Assembly (NCBI RefSeq): GCF_036321535.1
Contig: NC_087437.1
Span: 69,690,001 to 69,754,000 of the forward strand
DNA: 64,000 nt
Direction: 5' to 3'
Source of the DNA: Camelus dromedarius
Lineage: Eukaryota
Shown: positions 1-13,644 of the stretch, in pieces
Layout: each line of letters starts with the position of its first letter
How positions within the stretch are numbered: position 1 is the first letter of the stretch
Translations under genes and position numbers: made by a program
Notes under the pieces: model-generated
Databases searched by the model: none
What the model saw: only the letters and a program-made list of their open reading frames with translations
What the model was told of the DNA's origin: nothing

Positions 1-116
1 TAGGAAAGCCCGTGGCCTCGCTTTGGTGAAGCCATTTCTTGGAAGTGCATAAATACTCATGGTCCAGGTCACCTGCTTTCTAAATATGTGATCCTTGGGT
101 AGATTCCAGAGACTCT

Positions 117-414
117 TTTTTTTTCCCTTGTTATTTTTTTTATTGAAGTTTAGTTGATTTACAATGTTGCTTTCAGTTGAACAGCAAAGCAATTCAGTTA
201 TACATACACATGCATACTTTTTTATTTTTTTTTTGGGGGGGGGGAGTGGTTTGGAAGGGGAAGTAATTAGGTTTATTTACTTAATTATTTTTAAAGTGGA
301 AGTACGGGGGATTGAACCCAGGACCTTGTGCATGCTAAGCCTGCACTCTGCCACTTGAGCTACACCCTCCCCACCTACATACACATGCATACATATTTTC
401 AGTTTCTTCTCCAT
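117..414 (-). mobile_element. 5'-truncated L1 3'-end fragment, interrupted by a SINE
   Basis: T-rich tail, then attgaagtttagttgatttacaatgttg...cagcaaagcaattcagttatacat, typical of the reverse-complemented cetartiodactyl L1 3' end. Flanked by ttccagagactct (104-116) and ttccagaaactct (415-427), a 12/13 match. Confidence 0.75.
218..375 (-). mobile_element. tRNA-Ala-derived SINE (Vic-1-like), long form
   Basis: Reverse complement reads GGGGAGGGTGTAGCTCAAGTGG (box A)...CTTAGCATG...GGTTCAATCCC (box B), an A-rich linker, CCTAATTAC, a C run and an A tail. Perfect 17-nt TSD tacatacacatgcatac at 201-217 and 376-392. Confidence 0.9.
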
Positions 415-463
415 TTCCAGAAACTCTGAAATAAATGGATAGCAGCATACTGAGTAGAGATGC

Positions 464-682
464 TATCTCAGTCAGTTCAGGCTGCTATAGCAAAGTTCCA
501 TAGCCTGGGCGGCTTACACAGCAGACATTTATTTCCCATAGTTCTGGAGGCGGAGATGTCCAGGATCAAGGTACCAGCAGATTCAGTATCTGGTGAGAGC
601 CTGTTTCTTGGTTCATAGATAGCTGTAGGGTAGGATTTCAACATATGAATTTTGAGTGGACACAAGCATTCAGTCCATAACA
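464..682 (-). mobile_element. MaLR (MLT1A-like) solo LTR with internal deletion
   Basis: Reverse complement starts tgttatggactgaatgcttgtgtcc...aaaattcatatgttgaaatcct and ends ...ttgctatagcagcctgaactgactgaga, recognisable MLT1 termini. Subfamily is from memory. Confidence 0.8.
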
Positions 683-2079
683 ATATAACTTACAATGATC
701 AAGTGTCTTAAACAAGCATTTGACAGGCCCTAGGTTGAAATCCATTAGTTAGCAACTGAATCTCTGTAGTTATTTTGTGCATTGCAGTTAAGATCCTTGT
801 AAGGTGGGGATGGGAAGTGAGGGAGGAAAGCTTTCTAAACAGACAGATCAGCTTCCTAGAGCAAGATGAAATGGCTTCAACACAGGGCTGGGAAGTTGTG
901 TGATATAAATACACGATTGAGTACATTTATGTGCTTGGTTGAGATACAAAGTTCTGTACTATATACTGTGAAAAAAAATGCTGAACCTAATATTTTTGCA
1001 TGACAGGTATTAGTTAGTACCTGCTCTCTCCATCCATAAAAGGTCTCCGCATAGACCCTATAAATTGTGTACTTTTAAGGTAGTGATTTTATGGCTCTTG
1101 CCTGTTAAGCCCTGGGTGGGGGGTTGGGGGGGGGAGGCTAGGCCACTAGCGAACGTAGACGTTCCCAGTGAGAAAAGAAGATAAGCGAAGTTTTGCTTGG
1201 GCTGAAGGAATATAAGAGAAGAAACACAGTAGGATGAAGGAGGGCTTATTCTACCCACACCTCGGACCTCCTCCCCTTTCCTAGGAGACTTGTAGTTCAT
1301 ATCATTGTGGAAAATCAGGTTGGGATTGTTCTCAGAATATTCGGGTCCAATGGCTATGATGCTAGCAGGGCACAAAGACCTCTGGGTAACAGTGCTGCGT
1401 CAAGGCCGGTTGGCTATCAATCAGTGACAGAAAGAGAGTCCTTAGAAGCCTCCAGCCTGGGAGGAATGGAGTTATTGACACCTAGGTGATGGGTCAAGTT
1501 CATAGTTTAGCCCCACTTTAGTCCCAGCTGGGGACTGGAGTGCAGTCTGAGAGCCAGGGACAAGGATGGAAGAGCAGTCAAGCAAACTGGGATGCAGGGT
1601 GGATGCAGCATAGGAAGGGAAAAGATACTTGACTGTGCATACAGGTGCCTGCCACCTTCAGGGTCAGCACACAAGTCCAGATCCCTCTCAGCAGTGGGCA
1701 GAGAGCTCCTAACAATTGGCCAGGCTCGAGTCTCACTGCTTCAGGGCGGATTGGGTCTGCAGGTCACAAGTCTGTAATAGACACAGTACGGGAGGTAGAG
1801 TGGAACAGACAATGCCCACGACCAGTCATTAAAACTCCTCACTGCTGAACTAATTAGAGAACTGCTCTGATTTTATGTGATATCAGCTTCCTTGCTACCA
1901 TTCCTCCTGTCATGTGGTATTGGTGTCATATTTTCCTGTTAATTCTTCTTTCCTTATGCCAGAAATAGAAAAATCTCAGAGATTTTCTTTTTCATTATAA
2001 GAAACCTTCCCTGAGGATACAGCCACAAGGTGGGTATGTCTTTCCCCTGTACTGAAATTATTAACTCCAATCCCATTTT

Positions 2080-3140
2080 TAAGAAACTTTTAATATAAAA
2101 GTAATATATGATCTATATCAAAAATTCAAGCAGTGTAAGAGGGCATAAAATGAAGAGAACTTCCTTGACCACACACTTCTGGCTCTCCTGACTCCATTAT
2201 CCAGAAGTCAGACTGCTACCAATATTGTGTAGACACAGTGTATGTATGTATATAAGCAAGTGTGTTAAAAAGCATATATATGAATATATGCATTTATGTA
2301 TATATAGCTCTTATGACACAAAGAAGATATAATACACATAGTATTTGATAACCAATATAGTTTTTTTATGACTAGATAGATATATTACATGAATGAAATT
2401 TTCTTAAGTGAATACATTTTATAAAAAGCATGACACATAGTAAGCACATAATAAATGCTAGATACAATAATGCTAAATATTTTGTGATAACCTGTTCCTT
2501 ACTTTGCTTTATAATTTTACAACTATACAGCGATCATGGAAAAAATGGATTAGTTTTGCTTGTCTAATTTTCACATGAGGGGATTTATACTGCACTTATT
2601 TTGATTTATGTTTGGGAGATTGTCCATTTGCCACACATAACTGTCATCTTTACATTTGCTTTTCTGTATGGTATTCTGTTATATGAATATGCAATGAGTT
2701 ATTTACCATCCACACCATGTGGGTGCTTCCAATGCTACTGTGACTGTCACTGCACATAGTAGTGGATTTGCTGGATCATATGCGAGTCCTCAGCTTTAGC
2801 AGATGTTGTCAAACTGTCTCCCAAAATTGTCAGTCCAGCCTGCTGACTTTGATAATTCAACTTTTTAAGGAATTTGGCCCTTTTGTGTCATATCTATTAA
2901 GAATACATTTTCATCTTGTTATTTGTGTATTAACTTTGTTGATGAAGGTTTTGTGCTGTGGAAAAATTTTTACTTTTTATGTATAGTCCTTTCTTCAATA
3001 TTACAAACCATTGTTTTTTCTTTTAATATTCTTATAATTTAATTTTGAATAACTTAATTTATCTAAATTTGTTTTGGTGAATAAAATAAGGGCTTTTTAT
3101 TTTTTCAAAATGAGGATAGTCTGTTGTTTCAACACCATTC
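2080..3140 (-). mobile_element. Old L1 remnant (ORF2 C-terminal region to 3' UTR); boundaries approximate
   Basis: Degenerate minus-strand L1 motifs, e.g. ggatttgctggatcatatg, gttgtcaaactgtctcccaaa, ctgttgtttcaacaccatt. Confidence 0.65.
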
Positions 3141-3149
3141 TAGCAACAA

Positions 3150-3710
3150 TAAGGAAAAGGTAATTCAACAGGGAACTAGTTACAGTATTGACATACAAAA
3201 CTGTTTTTTCTAAATACGACTAATACCAGTTAGATAATGGCAAAAAGGACCCTGTTCACTAGTAATAAGAAGACATAAAACATATTAGGATAAGCTTAAT
3301 TCAAAATTCTTAGGGCTTAGGAAGAAAAAAACAATTGATGGATGAATAAAGAAGACTTAAATGTGATATCTTGTTCTTGCATAGAAAGAATCAAGATTGT
3401 AGAGATACATCTTTCTAAACTAACCTATAAATCCAGTAAAAAGACCAAATACTTATTTTTTTGTTTGATTTAGAAGATAATTCTAAAGTTCACTTTAAAA
3501 AATAGATAGAAAAGGAAAATTCTGATAAATGACTATTCATATCTTTAATTAAACTGATTAAAAGCTATGGTAATTAACATAATAGGAGGCTGGCCTAAGA
3601 ATAGTCAAAAGGTATAAAAAAAAACAGAATCAAGAAGTAAACCAAGTTATAATTAGGAGTAGCATTTAAAATCATTGAGGAAATATGATTAATAGAAACT
3701 AGTTCAAGCA
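3150..3710 (+). mobile_element. Old L1 ORF2 remnant; boundaries approximate
   Basis: About 3346-3437 translates, with a frameshift, to IKEDLN...SCSCIERIKIVEIHLSKLTYKS, resembling L1 ORF2 IKEDLNKW...PCSWIGRLNIVKMSILPKLIYRF. Confidence 0.75.
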
Positions 3711-6700
3711 TATATAATCCCCAAAGTCTTTAATCCATTTCCCACTCAGGTGAAACGAAGTCAAGACCTTCCAGAGCTGTTTCATTGTGTCTGTCCCTGA
3801 TGAGAATGTAAATACCATGAGAGCTAGGGATAGTATCTTTCTTCTACTTCCTCTGTTTCTTGTACTTCCTGTTTAAGTTATTGGTCAGCACATGGTAGCA
3901 GTACATATTTGTCAAATGACTGTACACAGTTGTACTCGAAAGCCACGCTCTACTATTCAGATCACAGTCCACTTGCATAGTATTTTTAAGTATTTAGGTC
4001 TCCTTATACTAAAAATGTGTATTTTGAGTTGTTACTCTTATTCAGCATCTGGGGGTACCCCTTCTCTATCCCCTAGTACCCCCTTGATGGTTAATTCTTT
4101 CTTTTTGGCTATAATTACCTTCTGTTTATAAAGACCTCAGAAAATAAATGCACCAATAAAGAAATGAAGTGTCAAAAAAGATGTAGTTTTATTCTTCATT
4201 TATATCCAGTTGTTTAGAAGGAATCTCCACTTGAATATCCTCTAAGCATTCAAATTCAACAGGGATAACAACTAATTTTATGACTCATCTCCCACCACAT
4301 AAAAATATCATCCAGTCCACAAATCAGTCAAACCAAGACCTCTGGGGTCATGCCTTTCCCTCACTTGCCACTTTAATGAGTGGAGTCCGTGAAAGTAGCG
4401 CCCTGCCATCAGGCCAAGGCAGTCTTGTGGGCTTTCTTCATTTCAGTCCTTTAAACCTCAGTGGTGGCCTTTCTCTCTCCCTTTGTTTTTATTTAAAAAG
4501 AAGTGGAGGAAACATCCGCATCGGTGCTTTTTAAATGAAGTGACTTGTCAAGTCAGAGACTGTGGCAGTAATCTGAAAGGCAGTAAATTTAGCGACCCTC
4601 ACTCACACCGATAGCCTGTCATGCGCTTGAAACATAAATAGCAGTGGTGACAAATCGCTGCTGTTTTCCTATTAGGCTTTGGCCCACTGGCCCCGGAGCC
4701 TTCCAGGAGCACGTGGGCCCAGCCTGGGAGGGCGACTGCGTTCAGGAGTGGGCCGGGCATGGGCTCCCTCCTGGTCTCTCCTCTCCAGTCTACTCCCAAC
4801 TCTGCAGCCAGGACCCTCACTCCCCACCCCTCGCAGTCCATCTGCGCCACAGAAAGGCTGAAATACCCGGGCCAGGATTGAGGGGTGCTGGTACACAGAG
4901 GGCTGCACCCCAAACTGAACGTTGATGGAGTAATTCCTCATTCATGTGCTTCGGTCTAAAAGCAAGAAGCACATGGCCAGACTCCTTACTATTATCTGTG
5001 CTGACTCCTGAGCAGCCCACCTTTTGTTAAATGAGCCGCCCACCTCATGTCAAATGGGAACATATTAAGAACATCACTTGGCTTCCTGCTTAAACCATTT
5101 TCTTTTCTGGTCTACCCCTATCTCTACCCACTATTTTTCTCTTTGTTACTGACTTTTAGCAAGAACATTTCTCTACATTGGATGGAATGGCTCCTTCAGC
5201 AGTGAGGCTAGCTGAAGAAGTGAGGCTGGGATTTGGGGGTGAACCCCAGTAAAGTCACTGCAACATCAGGGCCCATGATGAAAGGACAGAGGGCCAGATA
5301 CGGTCATCGCCTGCTTTGTTTTAATTACCTTTCAGAGTCTTCTGTGGCAGCCACAAAACTCTGCAGAGCATTCCCTCCACAGCGCAGCTGCCCTGCTGAG
5401 TTTAACACATTCACGTACGAAATGCCAACTGATTTATGTGGCTCTTGAAAACAGCAGCCACTGCTCTCATCTCTCTTCATACTTAATCCTCGGCCAGGGC
5501 AGAGTCGCTAATGACAGGTCTGGGAAGACCCCCACAGTTCTGATGACAATGGTGAAAGATCGTGGTTGTTGCTGCCTCTGACCAGCAACTCTAATCTCTG
5601 CCTCACCCCCTTCTCAGGAAATAATTTAGAAAACAATCAACACCTGCAGGAATTTTTATGTCTATTTTATTCCTAAGGAGTCTTCTAAGTATTTTGGTTT
5701 TTTTTTTCCCCACTTTTACCTCTTTGCCTCTTCTTCCCCTCATCCCAGAATAACAAGAAAGTAGTGAGACAGTGACTCCTTGCTTTATGACATGATGCTA
5801 CATTATACAAATGTCCCATAGTCCCTACGACAGTGGCCTGAATCACTACCAATGTATATGTTACACATTTAATCCACACTTAGCCCTCGTCTGTTAGCAG
5901 CAGCGTATTTCTGAGTGCCTGTGGAATGCACTCCCCAGGTAGTTCCAACCTGATACCAACCACGTCAAGCATGGAACTCATTATCTTCACTCCAGAATAA
6001 GCACTCTTTCCTACTTTCCCAAATGGTACTAATGGCAATCAAACTCAGGAAGTCACTAGATTTCAACCTACATGCTGTATTTAGGATACATTTCTTCATA
6101 TCCAAGAAAACTCAAGTGGACTACAAGAGACCCCAGGGCAGGTGCGGGTCCAAGGATGTGGCACACATCCCCTTTTGCCCTCATAGACGTTGCCGCTCTT
6201 TCCCACTGAGTCCAGATTCTGCCCCAGCATCCTTCTCAACACTGTGCTCTAAGTAGCCACTGCCAGTTAGTCAGAGTTGATGATGACTATTTGACAACCT
6301 TGAAGAACCATTTCTACTTTCAGAGCAATTCACAGGGCAGATTATCACAATACATGTTGGGACTCAGTGCCAAGAAACTGGCACCAAGAGTAAGTTGATA
6401 TACAAAGGACTTAAACAAATACAATTTCCATGGAATTCCATGCTTATCCACCAAGTTTTCTCAAGAAAGGAAGGAAGGATCGATGGCAGGAGGAAAGCTT
6501 AAAACAAATTATTTTTTAAAATGCCATTTTACTCAGTCCCTTCTGGGTGCCAGCAGGCTCCACCGAATCTTCATTGAGATGCAGAGACACTGAACATAGC
6601 GAATCCAGAATCTTCGCACCACCCCTCACACCCTAGCCTGTGTCCTGCTGTCACATCACGCTGCTCATTTCTCCTGTGCAGAGAACTCTATTTCAGGCAG

Positions 6701-7189
6701 GCAAACCAGATTGCCACACCCTTTTACAACTTGCTGGCTCTGATTCTCTCGCTTGTGTTTTTCAACTTCCTGAAAACTCACTTCTCCAGGGAAGGCTTTC
6801 CTAATATAAGTGCCGTCTACAGCGTTCCTGTAGCTCCTGTCCTGTCGGCATGTGTGTGCACCAATGGCTTTATATTGCTTTCAGAGGGACCTCTATAAAT
6901 AAGTAGGTGGGGCTAAACTTTTAAATGCCAGCTTTTTTCTCATTTACTGCTTTATTTTATTCTCTCGATGAGGAAGTTAAGTACACAAACCTTATAAAAG
7001 CTGTAGGTTGTCTTTTTACTTTCTTTATCTATAACTGAGCTGTATTATTTTGGAAATTTTCCAAGTGTCCCACTCTCAACCTCACATTTTATATTCAGAA
7101 GACAGAAATAGAGCACATTCTGAAAGCTAAGAATTCAGCTAAGTAAAATCTCTCATGATAAAAGTAGTTGTGCCTAGTTGGGAACACAG

Positions 7190-7390
7190 GTTCCAAAGGT
7201 CCACAGACCTGGTTCAAACCTCAGGTCTTCCTTAGTAACATCATAAATTTAGGCAAGTTCCTTAAAGGTCCTCTCTAACCTGGGTTCCTGTGTTTCCTCC
7301 TCTGTAAGCAATCTTAATGGCACTATGAATTAAATAAAATAGTATCTCAGTCACTTAGCAAAGTGCCTAGTTTGGGTATATTAAGTGGCC
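7190..7390 (+). mobile_element. MIR SINE remnant
   Basis: cagacctggttcaaacc...ttaggcaagttccttaa...gtttcctcctctgtaa...cacttagcaaagtgcct follows the MIR consensus order. Confidence 0.65.
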
Positions 7391-10300
7391 GCTCTTTCCA
7401 CAGGCACTCTGCAGTATTTCTTGTGCACTCCAGCATCCAGCATCCTGCTGTGCACTGGGGGTACAAGGAGGAGCAAAACCACATGTGGTCCCTACAATGG
7501 AAGATCAGCTGTTATCAATACAATTACCCTTCGGAGAACGAAACATAGGGGATCTTGATTCCAAGCCTAGCATTTAGAAAGGCTGAACAGTTTCTGAAAA
7601 CTGGCACCAAGTGGAGGGTAACGGTTAAGTATGAGCACAATGACGGAATGCCATGGCCCAGGGCTGGGAAGGATGTGAGAAGAATGTGTGGATGGCAGCT
7701 TCCAGTTGGATGCTGAGCTCAAACTATGTCAGCTAGCTGATTTTTTGTTTGTGAAAGCAAAAACACAAACCGTAATGAATTGGATCTCTCTGGATGCCAG
7801 GAAACATAATGCCAGGGCGTTCTTCTTCATTTGGTCCAGGCTCATTCATACAGCCAAAGCCAGTTGTGAATCTTTCCTGGCGTTGTGCTTGCCTCTGATT
7901 TCTAGGTACTAACTACACCCTCTGGGGCTACCGGAGGCATGGGGCCAATTTGCATAATCCACACCCTGTTGTGTCTTACTGTTCAAATAGGGAACATTTC
8001 TCCAGGAGAGTAACCAACCCCTTCCCTTCCACGTAGGTTCAAATATCTTCATCGTCAAATTCTCTTTCTCTGTAGAGCTCTCTCTTCTTCCATTGCTGTT
8101 CTTCTAACTCTTCCTTGTAATTGTGCTCATTATATCACTCGTCTCAGTTTTTTCCACCTCATTATCTTCAATACATTGTTCTTCCCTGTGTCTCCGTATT
8201 CTCCTGTGATTGCTGCTCTGGTAACCGTGTCTGCCACCCACCCCTGCCATCTTTCAGTCGTGGATCATTTACCACTCTTCACCCCTCCCTTGATGGGTGA
8301 TGAGAGGTGGGGATGAGAAGTGGCTTCCACCTTTGGACAGAAACGTTGTCCAACACTAAAGGATCTCTCAGGTGGGATGTGAAGCTGAGAAACAAAAACT
8401 TCAAAGGATCTAGAGAGAGACATGGCTGGAAATACAAACAGAACCCCATCACAAGCATTTTTTCTGGATTTCTCATATTTCTTTCTCTCTTCCTTTTCTT
8501 AGCGTGGTTGTATAGAACGTGATGTGCAAAAAGAGGAGGGAAGGAAGCAAAGCCAGGAACAGATGAGTATGTCCTTAGGATTAAAAGAAAGAAAGAAAAC
8601 ATGAAATGTACCATAAGAAACTTGTTACAGCATTTGAAGTCAGCTCAGAGAACTTCAAATGGCATCACTGATTCGCAACCCTTTTTTCTTTTATTTTTAG
8701 ACGTAGAATTTCATGGCTTGCTTTTGCTCACCCTCTTCGCTCCCCTTTCCAATCACAAATCCACACGAACACACATGTAGGTACACATCTACCCTGCAAG
8801 GGCTGCTTCTTTGTTCTTCATTAATCTATATATGCACTTGTGTTTCTAGCCTATGTGTTTACAGTCACTTACTTATCAGTATTCAAATTTAGGTGAGAAA
8901 AGGGAATGTCAACTCCATTTAAAACCCATCTTCCCTTCTGTAAAAGAATGATCTACAGAAATGTTATCCTTTCAAGACTCTTCTCAGAATAGTGGGGGGT
9001 AAATGCTTCATCTGTTTTCCAACATATAATAATCCTCAAAATTCTACATTTTTAAAGTCATAAAACACTCAAATTTAACACGTTTTCTAAATTTTACTTT
9101 CTGTATCTCAAATAAAGGAAGAGAAAGATGGATATAATGATTATTAAGGTAGCAGTCTTTTTTTTTTTCAATTCCAAATAGGGCACTGTTGTCATATCCT
9201 GGAGAATATTCAAGAATACACTTACCTGCTGTGTTTAATGAGCAAATATTTAGGAGTTAGTGAATTGATATGCTATTTCTTTAAAGTTAGAGTGAATGGT
9301 TCTGTGTGAATTAATAGCTGTTTGAATGTATGCATGTGCCTGGGTGGATGGGGGCAGGAGTTGGGGAAGAGAGAAGAAGAAGGAGAGAATGGGAGAAAGA
9401 GAGAGAGAAACACCAAGGAAATGTATTTAATTTCAAGTAGCTGCTTTCTTCCAAACACCCGGCTGACCTTGGAAATCTAAATAACTCAGTGTTTTGGATG
9501 TGAACTCTAGGGATTTCACCAAAGCACGGAACTCTGAAGGCACTGGACTCAGAAGGTGGCACTTGGCGTGCTTTAACTGGAGTTACTCCTGACTGATTTG
9601 CCTCTACATTAGAGAGCACAGAAGAGAACACTTTCCTCTTGCCATTAGCTCCGGGCTCTTCCTTCTGACTTAGGAAGAAATATTAAAAGAACTAATATGT
9701 ACAACCTGAGTAAACAGTGGCTGAGAGGGGATATGCTAATGACGTGAAGAGTTTGAAAGATGCATACACTGAGGAGGCCGAGGAGTTATTTAGCCTGGTG
9801 GCTGAATATTGCCAGGAGACACAAAAGCACATTAAGCAAAGGGAGGTTTAAACTAAACACCGGATCCCAGAATAAATATAACATTCGGCGATGTGAGCAA
9901 GATTGTGGAAATAGGTTGAGATGTTTAAAATACCAAAATACTAAAATTTGCATTTCAAGTACACATTTATCCAAGGGCAGAAAATAATAGAGAGGAACAA
10001 GAGAAGGGCCCACCATTAGCCAAAGGGCTTTATTTCACCAGAGAATTTAGCAAGAGATTGAGTGTCAGATTCTGGTCTAAGAGCATTCTTAAAGTTGCGA
10101 GAGTATAGGGAGATGGTGACAGGACCCCTGGGTTGAAAGCAGCTAGTCAGTGGGAACTGACAGAATGGGAGAAGTGTGCCTGACAGGGACCGACAGACGG
10201 GGGCACAGGGAGACAAGCAAGAGGATCTGAGTGCATTTTAAAATTCTGTGACCCAAAGATTTACATGGTGTGCTCCATGCCTTGAAACAAGAAACTGTAG

Positions 10301-13300
10301 TTGGTCAGATGAAAGGAATGGCATTGTGCCCATTTCCACCTGGGGCTCTGCTGGCGTCTCCACACCTTTTCCTAAACTAATAAATCTGCATAGCAGATCC
10401 ATCCTCGGGCAGAGAGGCCCCACCCCGCCTTCCCACAGCAGGGTACTCAGCACACCCACCCTTCCCCAGTGAAGGGGACTTTGTTAGGATCATTAAAAGG
10501 GAGTGGATTTATAACGCCACACTTCATTCTCTTAAGCACTATATTGTGTTGAATCAGACTCTAGTTTCTGCTTGTGTTTCTTAATTCAGCTCAGCCAACT
10601 CAACAAAAATTTATGGAGTAACTAATCTGCACCACACCCTGCCCTGTGCATGGGGATATGGCAAGACACGGTACCCCCAAAATTTACAATCTGGTTCTTT
10701 TGCTTTCAAGCAACAGAAAAGCTCCCATTTCCTCTCACATCACTGTGGATCAGTGAGAAATGCTCTAGTGAACCGGGAGAGATTATGTGTTGTGGGCCGA
10801 GTCTCTTGCGGGTACAAGAAAAACAGACTAGCAAGAAGTGCCAGGAAGTGTAAGAGTTTCAACTGAGAGGTCCAAGGAATACAGGGAGAAGGACAAAAAG
10901 GGCCCAGAGGTGTTGTTTAATATTTTACATTCTTGTCAAGCTTGTTGGATGAAGGAAGACTAGCTAGTTTTTCTTACCTGTATTTGGTTTGCACCTTGAG
11001 ACTCCACTGCTGTAGTGAACCAGCTGTGTCTGTTGTGTGCTGGACATAGCGACGGCCAACAGAGTGAAGGAAAGCGATCATGGGAGACGCAAAAACGCCC
11101 TGTCTGCCTTAGGAGTGGGGAGCATTTAGGGGAAACTCCTCCTTCATCCTCAAGGAGTATTGGGGGAAATTCTTTCTAGAGACTTGAAAACTCATTCTGT
11201 GAAAATTTGTTTCTTTATCTGCTTATCAGGCAAAAATGAGATGATGAATACCCACTTTAGTCCTCATGTAAGAATAAATCCAAACCCAATAAATACTACT
11301 TTATTTCCTTTAGTTCACCTTCATGTTTACTCTCATAGGTGCCATCTTCCCAAATGGGTAGTGTCTTGCTTGTTGCTAAAAATCATCTTTCCCTCTCCTG
11401 GTACTGGCTTATATCTTTCAAAATGCAAATTGAAATTCAAAATGCAAGATAGGAATCCATTATCGAGCATTTCTAGGTGTTTCATGGGGAGTGAGAAGAA
11501 GTCAGTGTTGTTGACCCTCGCCAGGAAGCCCATGCTCCTTCTCCCTTTCTTCTGCTAACAACTGTGTACCCACATAGGAGTGAGGTTGACGGATGGGGAA
11601 GCAGGGCAGGGCAGAAATCCTAAACCATTCTGAACTCATCTTTAACTCTTTTTTCTCAAAATCAATAATGCTGTCTTACTGTAAATCCCACCTTTGCACT
11701 CTAGAGTTTTAATGAGCTTACACCTACCTATTCTGGCCTCCAGTTGTCAATGTTGCCACTTGTCTTCAGGGTATTTATATTCAGCTAGAAGATTCTTAGC
11801 ATCAATTAGCTGGCATGGCTCTCAGTTCACAGTGCAAGTATTCAGGAAAGATCTATTTTCCCTCCATGCCCAAATTCTTCCCACCGAAACCAATAAAGTA
11901 GACTATTACCCTTTCCAAGATTTCTGTTTTCTTTCCTACCACATTCTACTTCTGTGGCATGAGAAGTCATGTCTGACTACTTTCATGAGTGTAGAGAAGA
12001 AAAAAAGGGGAAAATACAGACAGGGAAAAAATAGACTTTTATAATAATATGCAGCTATATGCTTATAGACTAATTCTAAAAAGCTTTCAGTAGAAGTGTG
12101 TGCTAGATAATGTGCAGGACTCCGAAACAAATAATTTTATGGAACTACCACCTTTTTGTTGTTGGGATTGCAACGTTTCCTCAAAACTAGCAATCATGAC
12201 AATTGACAGAAGACTTGAACTTGGAGTATTCCTGACAGTCGTGTTATATAGAATGTTATCCAAGAGGATCTAGATTCTATTGGGAGCCTAGTTAGCAGGC
12301 TTAGCTGACATATTTAGACAAGGACGTTGCCTCTATGCTGGCTGGCTGTTACGTTGATTTGGCCATGAGGGAATTTCCAGAAAAGGAAAACAGCTTGTGG
12401 CATTTGAACAGAGCTATTAATTAGTGCTATAGGATGACCAGGAGCAAGTTTTCTGCATGGTGGCAGGACTGTGTTGTTTAGTACCCTCCCAGGTGCTCTG
12501 TCCTAACCCCACAGCAGTGCAGCTTGTAACTTGAGGGTGAGGGCAGTTGAATTTAGCTACAGTCATTAGGCCTTTCTGGCCAAGCCCAGATTCCTTTCCT
12601 CTTCACCTTCTTTTTCCCTTTTTCCTTCCCCCAACTCCATCCCTCACCCACCCCCAAAGAAAGAAATTTAATCAGGGAATTAAACAAGCTTTCCTATCTT
12701 GAGATTTCTTTACAAAAATTGACACATCCAACTTTGTGGAACTTTCCAAAAAGCACCTCCAGACCCCTAATCCCTCCTGATTAAACCAATGATGTTTAGC
12801 TCCCTTCCCCTCCACCCCCACGTAACAAAATGCACCAGCAACAGCACATTCTCATGGATCTGGTCCATGGCCCAAGAGCCTCATTGATGATGTAGTTTGA
12901 CACTGAACTGCAAGACAGGATTTCAAATATGAAATTTGCAAACAGAAATCCACATAGTCTGGTGGAGAAGAATGACAGTTTCTCAAAGGAAGCCACTTGT
13001 CCTCATAACAACTTTGGTTGAGAGAGTGTTTTGCAGCATGGTGTAATTGATGATGCCAGCACTTCAATGGCTGACCTTCACAACTTGTGTGCACCTCCTC
13101 CCAACCCCCACTTTGCTCTGAGCCTTTAACCAGTGGCTGATGAGTGTGATGTATAAACGCTCCAGCTTCTTGACGCTTGGTCAGGACAGCGGTGAAGTGG
13201 GACCTGTGCTGTCCCCAGAGCTCCCTGAGGGATTGTGGTGCAATGCCAGGTCTTGCCCCACAGAGAGCAACAAAAATCCCATTTTCCCACTCCCTTTCCA

Positions 13301-13509
13301 GGTTCTCCTGAGAACACTTCCTCCTTATCATTTTCACATGATTTTTTGTCTTGGCTGGGGGTTGCCTGTATAGAACCTGACCTCAGACAAAGCACATTGT
13401 CAAATTATTGAAAAGCCATGTAGATTTATTGCCTCTAAAATGAAAAAAAGAGGTCATCTGCTGCATATTTTAAACCTCAAAAAAAATCTTGCAAACCTCT
13501 GTTTTTCAG

Positions 13510-13644
13510 GAAGAGAGTTTGAAGGAGAAGAAGAGTATCTGGAGATCCTCGGCATCACCAGGGAGCAGTCAGGCAAATACGAGTGCAAAGCTGCCAATGA
13601 GGTCTCCTCGGCGGACGTCAAACAAGTCAAGGTCACTGTGAACT
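13510..13644 (+). CDS. LSAMP: LSAMP coding exon (exon 4 by human numbering), second half of Ig domain 2
   Basis: tttttcag|GA acceptor, AACT|gtgagt donor, 135 nt, phase 1-1. Encodes (G)[44 protein letters not shown](Y), which has the Ig F-strand G-x-Y-x-C motif and matches the LSAMP sequence as I recall it. Confidence 0.98.

Noticed and set aside
12796..13395. Overlapping minus-strand ORFs (up to 161 aa) upstream of exon 4
   Set aside because: No recognisable protein similarity or splice structure. It may be conserved non-coding DNA, but I cannot show that.
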